This document shows positions 47,445 through 61,921 of a DNA stretch of 64,000 nucleotides, in pieces. This DNA comes from Geosiphon pyriformis uo1. Its lineage: Eukaryota > Fungi > Glomeromycota. The position numbers and the translations under genes were made by a program. The first letter of the stretch is position 1. Each line of letters starts with the position of its first letter. The DNA lies in the NCBI GenBank assembly GCA_016748015.1, contig JAAOMT010000372.1:744001-808000 (forward strand), in the 5' to 3' direction. Below the pieces are notes generated by a model. That model had not been told where the DNA came from and did no database searches. It worked only from the letters and a program-made list of their open reading frames with translations.

Positions 47445-50400
47445 ATAGCTAAAACAAGCATATAAAATAAAACAGCTAAAGAAATTCGAAATTAAAAAGT
47501 ATTGTTAAAAGTTATTAAAAAAATTGTTAAGTACAATTTTTTAAACTCTTTACAAAAATTTCAAGACTACTATTAGGAACTTTGCCTAACATAAAAAAGC
47601 AGAAACAATACTTTGTGTAAATAAATACTTATTTATATAAGAACTACTTAATTTTTTGTTAATTATAATAATGTTTTGACTATTAATCCTAATTAAACTA
47701 TCTGAAAAGACAGCTTAATCTGAAAATTATTCAGACCATGAAGCACAAGACAAAATTTTATAAACATTAAAAATACTATTAGGCAATTTATATATTTTTA
47801 TTGATTTCTAACAAGAATTAAACATTAAATACTTTATTAACAACAATTAAGAAATTTTTTTAGAGTAAATACATCTAATTAATATTAAATTTGATCTCCA
47901 ATATTCCAAAAACCAAACACTAAAGTTAAAACTATTTGCTATTATTATGATTGACCTAAAAATAGTATTTAAAATACCAACTAAAGCCATGATATAAATA
48001 GTCTTTCAATTTAGTTTAGTCAAAAAAATTATAGACTTCAAATACATGAAAAATTTTATAGTTTTATTACACAATAAATCAGATTAATCATATGTAATTA
48101 AACCAAAAAAAAGAATTACACAAGCAATTTCTTATCTTTATTCCAAATTACTAGATTAATTACTATTAAGACTTAAAAAGAGTTAAAAGAAACCAAATAT
48201 AAAACCCAAGATTTTGGTTTCATAAAAACAATCACACTATTCATTAACTATATAAAAACAACACAAAAAACTTAGACATAATTCAAATTAATAGAATAAT
48301 TACAATTTTACTATTTAGAATATACTTATTTAACACATACAAAAAAACAACAGAAAAAAAATTTTTATTTAAGCTATATGCTTTTTTTTGTAAACAATTT
48401 CCAATTGGTTTTACCAACTTATTTATACTATGCTATAGCTATCTGCAAATAAAAATACCTATTTACAACTTATCTGAAAAAATTATATACTTACTTAAGA
48501 ATATAGTTTTAAAATATCTAAATACAGACATTATTAATTAACATAAACTTTAGAAAATCTTTGATTTTTTTTAGTTAGTATTATATTGTAAAATTAAACT
48601 AACTCTGTTAAGACCAACTCTTAAATACTACTAAATAATTAATAAAAAATTAATTAAGCTTAACTTTAGATTACTAGACTCTTTACAACAAAAACAATTA
48701 TAAGCACTTATCTTAAAATACTCAAACATTTTTGCTATAGAAAATAAGTTTAGTTGAATTAACTTGGTTTATTACCAGATTTATACAGAAAATATGTTAT
48801 CAATTAAGCAACATACCTACTAAATACTATTGTTTAAACATAATTTTATAAAAAAAAAATCAATTAAATATTAAAAAATAAGTTTATATAACTTTTTATA
48901 AGCTTATAGTTTTTATTTGTTATTTTAATACAAAAAAAAAATAAAAAATCTAATTCTGCATTAACTATATAAAACTCAATAATATTATTAAGAAAGATGT
49001 TTATCTTTTATTATAAATGATAAAATCTTGGATATTCTAAGAAAATTTAAATAGTTCTTAATCTTAGATCTCACTAATAAATATTAACAAATATCTATAG
49101 ATCTTAATAATTAAGAAAAAATTATCTTTACAACTTAAAATGACAATTACAAATTTAATATAATACTATTCAAATTAATCAATGCTCTTATAATATTTTA
49201 ATGGCTAATAAATATTATTTACATCAGAATTTTGTTAAAATCCATAGTGGTTTATCTGGACAACACAAATATATTCTTACCAACATTTAAAAAGCATCTT
49301 AAATATTTATAACAAGTCTTTGAAAAGCTTCAAGCCACTAAACTAAAACTTAATCCCAAAAAATACTTCTTTAGAAAATTACAACTTATTTTCTTAAAGC
49401 ATATTATTGGAAAAAATAAAATAAAATCCAACTTTGCAAAAATTGAAAAAGTCAAAAAAATTTTTTGCTCTCAGAATTTAATTGAACTTTAAGAATTTTT
49501 AGAATTTATCTTATACTACTAAAAATTTGTTAACAATAGCTTAATTATTAAATCAATTATTAGCTAAAAATACAAAACAAAAATAAAGTAAAAAAAAAAC
49601 AAATATTCAACTATCTAAAGTAAAAACTTATCAAAGCTTCTATTTTAGTATACTCTGATTTTACCAAGAAATTTGTATTTACAACTAATGCCTCCAAAAC
49701 AAATTTAAGTGTTATGTTATTATAACAAAAAAAAGAACATATAGTTATATATACTAGCAGAAATCTAAATATAGCTAAAAAAAACTATGCAGTTTATGAA
49801 GTAAAATGCTTTATAATTATATAAACTATAAAATATTTTAAATAATACTTATTATGTAATCTATTTAATATTATTACAAATTACAAAGAACTTATCTGAT
49901 TAATAAACAAAAACTATTTAAAAGAACATTATGTCAAATAAATTACTACTTTATAATTTTACACATATAATATTATTTATAAAAAGGGAACCAAAAACAC
50001 AAACACAAATTGTTTATCTTAAATAAGACATATATAATCATTAAGAATTATTTACCATCCAATCAAAATAAACATCAAAACATATTAACACTTAATATAT
50101 TACTTTACAATTCTTAATTACCAATAAAATTATTATTAAAAAAACAAACAAAATTTCAGAAACAAGTTAAATATTACTTGGTTGAAAATAATATATTATA
50201 CCAATACCACCAACATAATTTACTTTAAGTAATTACTAAAACTAAGAAAAAAATTATTTTTTACAATATACACTTAGATTCAAATACAAAATACTTTGCA
50301 AAAAAGCCACAATTTAGTAAACAACTAATTTGTATTACTGGCTAAAGATACATATTAATATTATTTAATACATTTACAATTGTAATATATATTAAAAAAA

Positions 50401-52007
50401 AAAAATTGAAAATAACTGAATTGTTATGACTTATTAAAATAGAAGAACTATTTAATAAAATAAGAATTGATCTAATAGAACCACTAATTATTATTATTAA
50501 AAAGAATTAATACATTGCAATTGTTACAAACTACTTAACAAAAGCCTTAAAACTGTAAACATTAAATTAGTTGCTGACTTTATGTAAAAATATTTAATCT
50601 GTAGATATAATTGTCTAAAAAAGTTATTCTTAAATCAAAAAACTCACTTTATAAACAATTTATTTGTTAAAATTAGTCAATACTTTAAGATAAAACGACT
50701 TTTTTTGTCATCTTATCATTTATAAACAAATAGATTAGTAAAATGTTTTAATAAAACATTATGCAAATCATTAATAAAAATAAGCAATAAAATAGAACAA
50801 AAATAGGATTTATTTATTTCTTTAGTTTTATTAACTTATCAAACACTAAAATATAATACTACAAAATTTACACTATTCAAATTAACATGTAAAAAAAATG
50901 TTATATTCCCTATAAAACTAATAATAAACATCTACTTAACAGAATCAATAAATAAGAACAACTTATAAAAAACTATTAAAAAGCAAATTTACAAACTGCT
51001 AGAAAACAATTGCTAATATATAATCAATAATATCAAGTACTTTTAAGAACAACAAAAAGCCCAATACAATAACAAACTTTTAAAACAACTTGTTGTCTAC
51101 AAAATAGAAGACAAAGTTTTATTATATTAAACAAAAGCAAAAAAACAATAAAACAGAAAATTTGACAACAAATGCAATAAACTCTTTTATGTTTATAATG
51201 TCTTAAATAATAAAGCATATAAGTTATATTTAAGTGATAAAATTTTAAAAAAAGTTATACACAATAATTAATTAAAAATCTATTATTAACAACAATTATC
51301 TAATCTGTTAATATTTAAATTAAGAACACATATATTAATTGTGTTTTTTAACCAAATTTTATGAGATTTAAAGCCAATAATAATCATTAAACATTATCTA
51401 AGAAACAATTAATCTAATATACCACATTTAGATTATCACTATTAATATTTAAAAAAGAATTAAAACAATTCTAAAAATAGTTAAAAAAATTAAAAACATT
51501 AAACTATTAAAAATTTTTTTTAATTTTTAGATATAAAAATAATTTATTTTATTATAAATATACCTAAAAATATCATAAATATTTCTTAACTTTTATTTTA
51601 GCTACTACAAAAAAAAAATTTCTCATTAGGAATTACTTTTAATAATTTTAAATATTATATAAAAAAAAAAATTTAGTTATATAAGAAAATAAATTAAACA
51701 CAAATTATTTTAACTCTTATTATAAAAAACAAAAAAATGTTAACATATTAATTAATAAAATTATAGAAAAATTTTAGTTCATAAGAAGTATAATGTCCAA
51801 AGAAAAAATAAAGTTAATTACTTTTTTTTATTATATATACTTTATAATAATTATATAATTAAATCTTTAAACAATTTATACTGGAAAAAATAACAAAGAA
51901 ATTAATAAAACAAAACTTTAAAAGTTTGAAAAACTAACTGAAAAAAGCAATTTTAAGTCATAAAAATTAATTATAGTATAATTACAGAGAGAAAATAATC
52001 TTTAACA

Positions 52008-54821
52008 ATACTAAAAAACATAAAGCTATTTTAAATAGAATTTTAAAGTAAATTTTTAAGTTAAATATTTTATTTTTATTTGCTTTTAAGTATTTGTTAC
52101 TGCTTTTTTTTAATATTGATTTTTGGTTTAAATATAATTTTAAATAAAAATTTCAAGATTTCTAATTTTTTATATTTTATATAAGTATTTAAAAGCCAAA
52201 ATAATAAGACTTTTAAGTTTTTTAAGATTAAATATTTTATTTATTAAAAATAAGTTTAATATATGTTTTTTAATAATTGGTTTGATTTAAAAAGTTGTTA
52301 TATATAATATAAATAATATAAATAATTTAATTAATTAATTTTTGTTGATTTATTTGTTTTTTAAACATTGGTTTTTAATTCTAAATTTGAATTTAAATAT
52401 TAAGACTTTATTAAAAATCAAATAAATTTAGATTAAAAATATTAATATATAATTATTAATATAATAAATAAAAGTTTTTATAATTTTAAATAATAAGTTT
52501 AATAAAAATAGTTTTTAAAAAAATGTAAATTTCAGATAGTATTTGAATTTAAATTTTTATGATTTTTTGTATAACAGATTTTTAATTAATATTTTAACAT
52601 AAAAAAACTTTAAAAATAAAAATAATAATTAATTACTTGTTTATTAATAAGTAAAAAAAACTAATTAATTACAAAAAAAAACAATTAACATAAAATAATA
52701 TATTTTTTTTAATTTTATGATTATAATTAAAAAGTTTTATATATTACTTTCTTTATAATAATTAATAAAAAAAATTTTTTTTGTTGTAAAAATAATTAAA
52801 CAAAATATTTTAAAAGGTATTTTTTTAAGTATTAATAATAAAAACTATTTTTAATAATTTTTAAAGCATTTTTTTTATTTTCGATTGATAATTTTTTTTC
52901 AATCAAAGCTTTTTACAAAAAACATATTAGAATTAATTTTAATAATTTTTTATTTTTTTTAAAACTGCAAAATTTTTAATAATAAATTAATTTACAAATT
53001 AGTTTTTTTGGTTTTTATTATTATTATTACTATTAAAACTTTATAAATAATTGAAAAAACCAAAAAAACCAAAAAATAACAGCAGTTATTTATATTTATT
53101 ATGATTATATCAAATTTTTTTATGGTTTTAAATAAAATTTTAAATAAATTTTTTTTTTAATATAAATAATAACAATAATAATATATTTTTTAAGATAGAA
53201 CAAAATAATTACTAGTTTTATTATTAAATATAATCTTTTTTAACAAATTATTATTGATTTTAAAAATAAAACAAAACATATTTTTAGATATATTTTTAAC
53301 TAATTAGTTTATTAAATTACTTAATTTTAAAAATTAGATTAATCAAATAAAAACCAAATTTACTATATATTTTTTATTTTGGTAATATCTTTAATAATAC
53401 TTAAAAACCAATTTTTAATTATCAAAAGTTTTCTGAATAAATAGTTTTTACTTTAATACTTAGTATTATTTTTAAAATATAATTGGTTTTAATTAATTTC
53501 TTGTTTTATTTATTGTCTGATTTTATTGAATTTAATTTAGTTTTAAAAACAATATTAAGTTATTTTATGTAAATTTTGTTTTTAATGTCTTTTTAATTAC
53601 TATTATCAAAAATTTTATTAATAATTCTTTTTTTTAATTATATTTAAGATTATAAAGTTTTTATAATAGTTTTTGCTTTCTTCTTTTTATTTTTTGTTGT
53701 ATTTTTTAATATTATTATTTTAATTGAATTAAAATTTATTAACTTATAACAATATATTATTGTTTATTTTAAGAACTTTTTTTGTTATTATTATTTTTAC
53801 TTACTAATTTGTATTAATTAAAAAAAAACAGTATTATAATTTTTTTTATTATATTGTTTTTAAAATCAGTAACTTGATTTTTAAGTTGGTAATTATATTT
53901 ATTTTATTTTTTACTTTTTTAATTTTTATTATTATTAATATTTTATTATTATAACTTTTAAATTTTTAGAGATATTAAGTTTAATTATATTAAAAACCAA
54001 TATTTTATGCAAATTTTATATCTAATAAAAAACTTTTAATTATTATTACTGTTATAAGTATTAAAGTTTTAATTATATGGTTATAAATCATAAAATAATT
54101 TTATCTTTTTTTTAAGTTTATTATTAAAGTTTTTGTTTTTTTGGCTTTTTTTGTTATCATATTTTTAGTAGTTTTTACTATTAATCTTATAATTAATTTT
54201 AAACTAGATTTTTGGAAATCTTAAATTTTTAAATTGGTTATTTTAATTAAGTTTATTGTTAACTTAATTAGTTTTTAATTATTTTAATTACTATTTTATT
54301 AAATATTTTTTCTGTTTTATATGTTAAACTTAAAAATATACTTGTTAATATTTAAAATAAAGCATCTGTTTTTAATAAAGCTTTGAATAAAATTTTTATA
54401 AATATAATCTTAATATTAATCATATAGAAAATTGTAATAATTTTTTTAATAATAATATTTAACAAAATACTAATTTTTTATTTTATTTTTATTTTACTTA
54501 AAAATTTAGTTAATTTAAAAACATTAAATAATTTTATGGTTGAATTTTTTGTATAAAAAAAAAAATTTAATATTAATAATTTTTAATATTTAGTGTTTTA
54601 TTTTTTTAATATAATAATTAATTTATTTTATATTTTTAATTAGTATTTAATTATTAATAAATTAATTTTATATTATATTTGTATTTTTATTAAACAATAT
54701 TTAATATCATAATTTTAATACTTATTTTTTAATTAATCAATATAATAATAACAATAAAAAAAGATCTTTTGAAATATTAATATAGTATATTTTGAATTAA
54801 TTTAAGTAGTTAATTATATAT
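52008..54821. other. Extremely AT-rich relic DNA, probably fully eroded TE sequence
   Basis: Almost no C or G; T-skewed like the minus-strand gag-pol of element B; no recoverable ORF. Confidence 0.45.
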
Positions 54822-54951
54822 AAAAAGTATAAAAAACTTCTTTTTTTCTTATCTCCAAAAACCCCCAACGAGTTATTTTCTGAAAAAGAAGTTTTTGTTT
54901 TTTTCTTATTAGTATTATATCAACATTTCTTTAACTAATAATCCTTTTGTT

Positions 54952-56802
54952 ATGGATTTGAAAACTGCTTCTAGTGGCAGTATGTTAAAGAAAAAGACAT
55001 CTAAAGGTGCTTTTTATGGTCCTGCTGGTGGTTTCTTTACTCAAAAATAGAAAGTCATTTTTGGAAATGTCAAACATTCTGGCAATGAGTGGAATATTTC
55101 TCTGAAGTCTGGTTTTGGTTATAGTGCTTTTTCTGATGTGAAAAGCTTATTTGGTGATGAAAATAATATTAATATGTCTGGTGGTGGTAATGGCTCTCTT
55201 CTGGATTCAGCTGTTAATATTCCAAGGACAAATAGATTAAGTACTGGCATGAATTTTGGCTCTCCCCTCAGTTCCCCCAATTTCGACATGGATGAAGAGA
55301 TGAAACCTCTTCCATCTCCAATAAAAAAAGCCTTTTCTAATAGCAAATGGGTCAATCCTATTATCATTAAAACTCAAGTGGAGGTGTCTGTCAAAAAATC
55401 TTTTGTCTTAGATATCAATCTTTCAGCTGTTGAAGGCAAATTAGTGATGGCAAAAACTCAATTAATCAGGAAAATTTTTTCAAAGATCAATGGTTTTGGG
55501 GGGGCCACTACTCCCTTAAAATTTGAAGAGATCATCTGATTAATGTTTACTTCTGAAGAAAGCATGAGGAAAGCTGGGTCATTGGCCAAAAAAAAAGGGA
55601 TCATCATAAACAATGATGTGAGGAAACAAGGGCTTTGTTCAAATCAGGCTGTGGTAATCAAAGAAATTCCCATAGATATGCTTAAAGACATGATCATTGC
55701 TGCAGTCTCTGAGTTTGGAATAATTAAGTCAATTAAAATTCAGTTGGTTGGTATGTGGCAGAAGGCTGTAGTAGAATTCGCCAATTCAGATCAGGCTGTG
55801 CAATTGGCTTCAAGATGGTCATTTCTAATTAGGAAAGATTCAATTCGTGTGGCTATGACCATGGGAGATTGTGATACATGGACTTCTAGGGATTGGTTTA
55901 AAGCACTGTTGTTTACTTTGCCTGCGGGCACTACTGCACATGATCTTGGTATGCTTTTGGATAGGACTGGAGGGAAAACTTGTGTCATCAATAGATCATT
56001 GGAGACTGGCAATCAGTTCCGCTGTGCTGTGGTATGCTTTGAATCTGATGAAATGTTGGAGTCTGTTTTTCACACTAAGCCAATTTTTGGTGGTATTTGA
56101 TTGTTGTGGGCTAAGTTGGAGCTGGTTTGGTGTAATAGATGTGGGTGTTTTGAACATTTGGCTCTCGAGTGTGATGCCTCTGATGTATCACCTCTTGTGT
56201 CTCCCAATTTAACAAAAAAACCTTTTTTTGGTGCATTCCACCTTTAGCTAGCCAAATTGTACACTAGAAAAAATGTTCCTATTTCTCGCCCAGCTGTCTT
56301 CAGTGGTAAATCATGGGCTCAAGTGGTGTCCTTTGTCTCCCCTTCTGGCTCTGGGTTGCTTTCTGATGATGCGTCTCCATTGTTCAGTTCTTCTCATCAT
56401 CAGAACAATGGCTTAGGTGATCGTCTGGCAGTGTTGGAACGATCTATGAGAATCTTCTCTAATCAGGTGTCTGTTATTCTCAGAAAATTGAGTTCTTTTA
56501 AGTTAGTGTCATTGGTATCTCTTTTTTGTGCTCCTCCTTTGGCTGTTTCTGTGCATTCAGCTCTAGTTGTGGGCTTGGATATGGCTCTGAATAGTGTGTT
56601 GGCTTTGTCCACTTCCTCTCTTTCTGGTAGTGGTGATTCTGCTGCTGTTTTTAGTTCAAGTGGTTCAAAGGTTCTTACCTCCAAATTGGCTGGTTTGGAA
56701 TCCAAGATGTCTGGTCTAGAAGCTTTGTTCAGTTCGATCCTGGCGAGATTGAATTTTTTGTGTTTTGGTTCGGGTTCATCTTTACCTTATTTGTCCCAAT
56801 GA
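54952..56802 (+). pseudogene. LINE-2 ORF1
   Basis: ATG 54952; RRM-like segment (55543-56100); CNRCGCFEHLALEC knuckle; ends TGA at 56800-56802. Confidence 0.88.
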
Positions 56803-59800
56803 CCAGTTTAGTTTGGAGGATTGCCATGTGTAATATGAAGGGTATAAACAATTTGGTGAAACAGAAAGACATTATACGTTGGCACAAGAATTCTGGCAAT
56901 TTGGTTTCCATTCTCATGGAGACAAAGTTAAAGGATAAGGTCTGTTCTTGGCTGGCTAGCAAATTTGATGGTGTTTGTGTTTTCTCTTCTGGATTGAACT
57001 CTGGCTATGTTGGTGCTGGTGTTGTGGTCATTATGGATAATTCTTTAGCTAAGCATGTCAGTAAGATTTCTGAGGTTCCAAGTCGTCTCCTTTGTATTAG
57101 ATTACTCTTTAAAAACAAACTTTTGGTTTCTGTCCTGGGGCTTTACGCTGGTGCCTCCTTGACCACTCAGTTCTCCCAAGCTGGTGAGATCAATTTCTTA
57201 ATTGCAATGGCTGTAAATGAATCTTCTTTTGTCATTTTTGGTGGTGATTTCAATGAGAATGGCTTTTATAAGTGTGCCAGCTTCAAAAGATGTTTTGATT
57301 TAGGTTTGGTCAATTCTCTGAATGAGAGCCCTTTTGTGAAAGCACCAACCTGGTACAACTCTCATGGTGTCACTAAAACAATTAATTATGTTTTCGTCTC
57401 TTCTGATTTGGTTGGTGCTTTGGTAAATTGTGGTGTGGTTGGTGTTGAGGAATTTTTTGATACTGATCACAAGGCCATTTCTGTTTTTGTGGGCTTGGGT
57501 GGCCTCCTTGATGTCCAGTTAAATTCATTACACAAGCAGACAAATAAGGATTATTGGAAGTATGATGTCAAAAGTGCCAATGAGATTAAGTAGTCTGATT
57601 TCAAGGTCACTATGGCCGACAATGCTTCTATGTTCTTGGATGAGTTTGTCACAGCTAAATGGTTTTTGGACTTGGATGCAATGTGGGATGCTGTTTGCAA
57701 GACTATTGTTTTTTCAGTAGAGGGAATGTTCAAAAAGAAATGATTTAAAAGTTTTGATAGTGTTTTTAATAAGGTGTCCTCCAGATTTCATAAACTTGAG
57801 CTACTTGTGTCTAAGCTGGTAAGATCTTCTTATTTGGTTTCTGGTGGAGATTTTGCTTTATTGCTGGATACTTGAGACAGGCTTGATTCAATGGGTGCTT
57901 CATCAGTAAAGTCTCTTTTTCTTTCTGGCTCTGGTTTTGATGTAATTTGTTCTGAGCTGTTTAAGACAAGAAAGTTTTACTGCTCTTCTAAGTTGATGGA
58001 ATCTAAGCATGCTGAAGAATCTCGTATAAGGCAAGCTGTCAAAAAAAGGATGGAGAGTTTTGAGGTGGACAGGGGTCATATCATCAGGAGCATTTTGGAG
58101 TGCCCTTTTCACAAGGTGGTGCTGGATCATCTGGTTGTGGGAGAGGAGCTGGTCTTGAAGCCTAAGTTGGTTAAGTCTAAGGTAGATGTGATTATGGAAG
58201 GTTGGACTTGAAAGCATGTGGTTGTTTTTAATATTTCTGACATTTGGGTGCACCAATTTCAGCCTTTAGATTACGTTTTCAATGGCATCTTCTCCAATGT
58301 GATGTGTTTAATCAGTTTTGAGGAAATGTTTGGTGTTGTTTCAAATTTGCCCAATAGGAAAGTAGCTGGTCTTTCTGGTATTACTAATGAACTTTGGAAG
58401 CATTGTGACAAGTTAGTTTTGTATATGCTTTTAGTGCTCTTGAATTTTTGCTTGATTTGTGAGTTGGTACCTGGACCTTGAAAGGAAGCTTGGGTTTTGA
58501 TGATTCCTAAACCCTATGAGTGGGAGGGCATTCTCATAAATACCTGACCTATTGCTTTAATTGAAACTGCTCGCAAGATTCTTTCTAAGATTCTTTCAGA
58601 CCAGATCTTTTTGGCTTGTAGCTTTTTTGATGTATTCCATGAGGACAATTTCTCTGTCTTGAAGAGAACAACTACTCAGTTGCCTATTTTTACCATTAGT
58701 TCTATGGTCGAGGATGCTCTGGAGAAAAACCGAGAGCTGTGGCTGGTGTTGCAAAACATGCGGAAAGCTTATGACTCTATTGGTTGGGAGCATCTTAGAA
58801 GGAGCCTGGTTAGGATTAGAATGTGTGATAGGTTCATTAGGTTCTTTGGTTCCATTCATAATGGTCGTGTTAACAGAGTGATGACAGATTTTGGGTTGAC
58901 TAATGGTTATCATGTTCACAATAGTTTGGATTAGGGGGAGGTTTTTTTGCCACTTCTTTGGTGCATATTTTATGATTCGCTCTTGTGTGAGGTCAGAAGG
59001 CAGGAAAATGTGTGTGGTTATCATTTGATTTCTCATTTTGTCTCCAAAACTGGCTGTGTAGAATCTCAGAGTGAGCTAACTTTGTTTCTGGCTACTGGTG
59101 CTTTTGTTGATGATACGATTTGGGTTGGTAGCAGCCAGGCTGCTACTCAATATATTCTTGACATTGCTAATGAATTTTTCAGGTTTAATGACATTTCAAT
59201 TAACAATAACAAAACTGTAGCCATTCTCATCAACTGTCAGATTGCTAATCCAGTTTTGACTGTCAGTGGCTCGCCTATCTCCATTGTTAAGAAGAGAGAA
59301 CCTCATTGTTATCTGGACATATTTTTGTCTTCTGAAGGTCTTTTGAGGCCCAGCTTGGCTAAGGCACATTCAGACGTTCAGTTTTTTGTCAAGCTTGTTT
59401 TGAAAAAAGCAATTTCGGATAAGCAGTTTGCTTATTTGGTATCTTCAGTTCTCTTTTCTATTGTTGGCTATAGGACTCAATTCAGTTTTATTCCAGTCAA
59501 TGTGTATAATAAATGGAATGCTCTGATTTGCAAGGGTTTGAAATCTAAATCTGGGCTTCCACTTGACTTTCCCAATGATGCATTTCATTATCCTTCTCTG
59601 TACAATTTAAAGACTTTTGAACAGGTTTAGGCTGAAAGCAAATTGGCATCTGTTGTTGCTTTTGCAAATTCTGCTGGTGTTTTGGGCTATCTGTTTTCTC
59701 ATAGGTTTCATGATCTCCAGGTTTTTAGCTGGCGTCCTCATCATCCTTTGTTGTTTCCAGTTCATGTTAGTATTAGCCCTTTGGATAACTTTTTGGCAGG

Positions 59801-61486
59801 TGTGGTTCATATTTTTTCTAGATGTGATTTATCTTTGGGTGGCTCTCTGGCTGATGCTTTTTGTCTTTAAGGTGGTACCCCAATGTCCTATGTTCTTGGT
59901 AAGAAAGTTTTTTTTAAATGTGTGTCTTCTCTCAAGTATTATGGTATCACCTTTGTAGAACAGCTCTGTGACCAGAATGGTATTGTTTTTGCTTGGAAGA
60001 CCTTCAAACGTTAAAAAAGACTGGACCCCTGTGGTTCAGTTCCCTTCTGGTTTGACTTGTCTGTTCATTTTTATGATGACGTTGTTTCTTCTTCTATCTG
60101 CTCTTCATATGCGGAATTTTTTGACTCTCCTAATGTTCATCAATTTTTTGGTTTTGGTGTTATTTGTAATGATCTGTCAAATGCTGGTGCTAACCACCTT
60201 TCTGTGTATATGAATAGGTTTCTGTGTAATTTGAATACTGTTAACATGAAGGCTGGTGCTGATGTTTTTTTTGAAGACATTAATTCAGGTTTGGATGTGA
60301 GTGTGTCTGGTTTGGTCTCTTCTACTTTAACGGAATTGTAGACTATTGCTCTGGCTCTGAAGTGTATTTCTTCTTTTCGCTCAGTTGACCTGTTTTCAGA
60401 CAGTCAGGCAGCTTTGGATGTGTGTAGGTTAGAGTTTTTGTTGGTTGGTTCAGACTTCAGGAATCGTTGCTGAATTGAGCATCACCATATTGCCAATGTC
60501 ATTCATTGGAAAAATTTAAATGTGAATTGGATTAAAGTTAAAGGTCATTCGGGCATTCTGGACAACAAGTGTGCTGATGTGTTTGCTAAAGATGCTACTC
60601 TTCTGCCTGGTGCCTGCCCCATTTGGTCAGTAAGAGGTTTCTGAAGGCTGGTGGTGCTGCAGTTTCTGGTAATTCTAGGCATTTTGTTCACAATGTTTTC
60701 TGGTCAGTCCGTTGTGTGTGCTGAAAGATTGGTTTTGGTTCATGGGTTGTTCCAGTCAGTTTACATGCTGATATTGATTGGTTGTGGTTCTTTTTGATGT
60801 GGCACCCAGACTCTTATTTGGCTTCAGATTTCACTAGTAGACATACTGCTGACTTATAGACTTACTTTATGAAGGCTCTTCATTATCAGCTTCCTGTTGC
60901 TGTGCAGAAACATTTGTATAATAGATGTTATGCCAATGTGGTGTGTTTGTTCTGTGGTAACATTAAGATCTCAGACCATATTTTTTTTTATTCATTTGAT
61001 GCTGCTGGTTATGCTCAGTTGTTTGTTGCTCATGCTTTGGCTTGAGAGGCTCGTTTTGGTTTGGTCTAGTCTTTTTTATGTGTCTCCCAGTTGCTGTCTA
61101 CTTGCATTGCAGATGATGTAGTCAATACAGTTCTGTGTAAAAGCTTTGTTTTTGGTGGTTGGTATCAGAAGTTATTGTCAGTTTTTAAGGATTTCATGGT
61201 TGCGGCTTCAAATATTGTGGATTTTGTATGCGGGTTTTGTGTGTCTTTTCAGGATGATATTTGGCTGGTCTGCACTAAACACCAGGCTTTCATGAAAAAA
61301 AATGGGCTGATCCTATGTGATGGTTCTATTCCTGTTCTGGTCTCCGGTTTTTCTATGGTATTTTCTCTTGGTGTGGTTAGGTTGTTGGATATTGCTGATG
61401 CTGTTGGTATTGGTTTCAGGTTTCACAAACCTTGTTTGTTTTTTTTAAGTATTTGTGATATAGTCTCCATTTATATAGATGCTTAG
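56799..61486 (+). pseudogene. LINE-2 ORF2 (APE-RT-RNase H-ZnF)
   Basis: MTSLVWRIAMCN, GGDFN, TDH; QNMRKAYDSI; AFVDD; RNase H remnants 60200-60600; CLFCGN. Confidence 0.92.
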
Positions 61487-61921
61487 TATTGTTTTGATTG
61501 GCCTAAGTGGCTGGTCACATGTAAAAATGCATGATTCACTCTTAGTTTAGATCATTTGATTAATGTATAGTACTAGGTCATATTTGGATTTCACTTATTA
61601 AATGTAATAAAAAAAAAAGTATATGAACTATATTTAATATTAAAATACTTGATTTGCTTTTAATTTTTAGATAATAGTTGGGTTATAGTTATTAAATATT
61701 TAATAATAATAAAAAAAAACAATAAAAAAAATAGTATTTTATTAATAATTATAATTAAGAATTATTATTTAATATATAAAAATTTTAAATATTTGTTTTT
61801 AATATTAATTACTTAAAAAAACAATATAAATAAAATAAGTATTTTTGATAATAATTAAGAATTATGTAATTTTTTTAGTTTTAAATAATAAATTTGTTAA
61901 TTTACAAATAAGATTAATATT

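Larger units (their letters stand above)
43190..52007 (+). mobile_element. Severely eroded Ty3/Gypsy element E (dUTPase-bearing); 5' LTR start undetermined, 3' LTR mostly deleted
   Basis: LTR end plus PBS (CTGTAATA|TTTGGTG, 43246-43260); the same LTR end recurs at 51955-52007; ghost Gag ~44140, knuckle ~44845, PR ~45500, dUTPase ~47820-48230, RT/RH 48700-50037, IN 50068-51400, ORF3 start ~51554. Confidence 0.8.
54832..61613 (+). mobile_element. Full-length non-LTR retrotransposon LINE-2 (same family as LINE-1)
   Basis: TSD AAAAAGTATA (54822-54831 and 61614-61623), poly(A) tail, ORF1 and ORF2 homologous to LINE-1. Confidence 0.93.
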
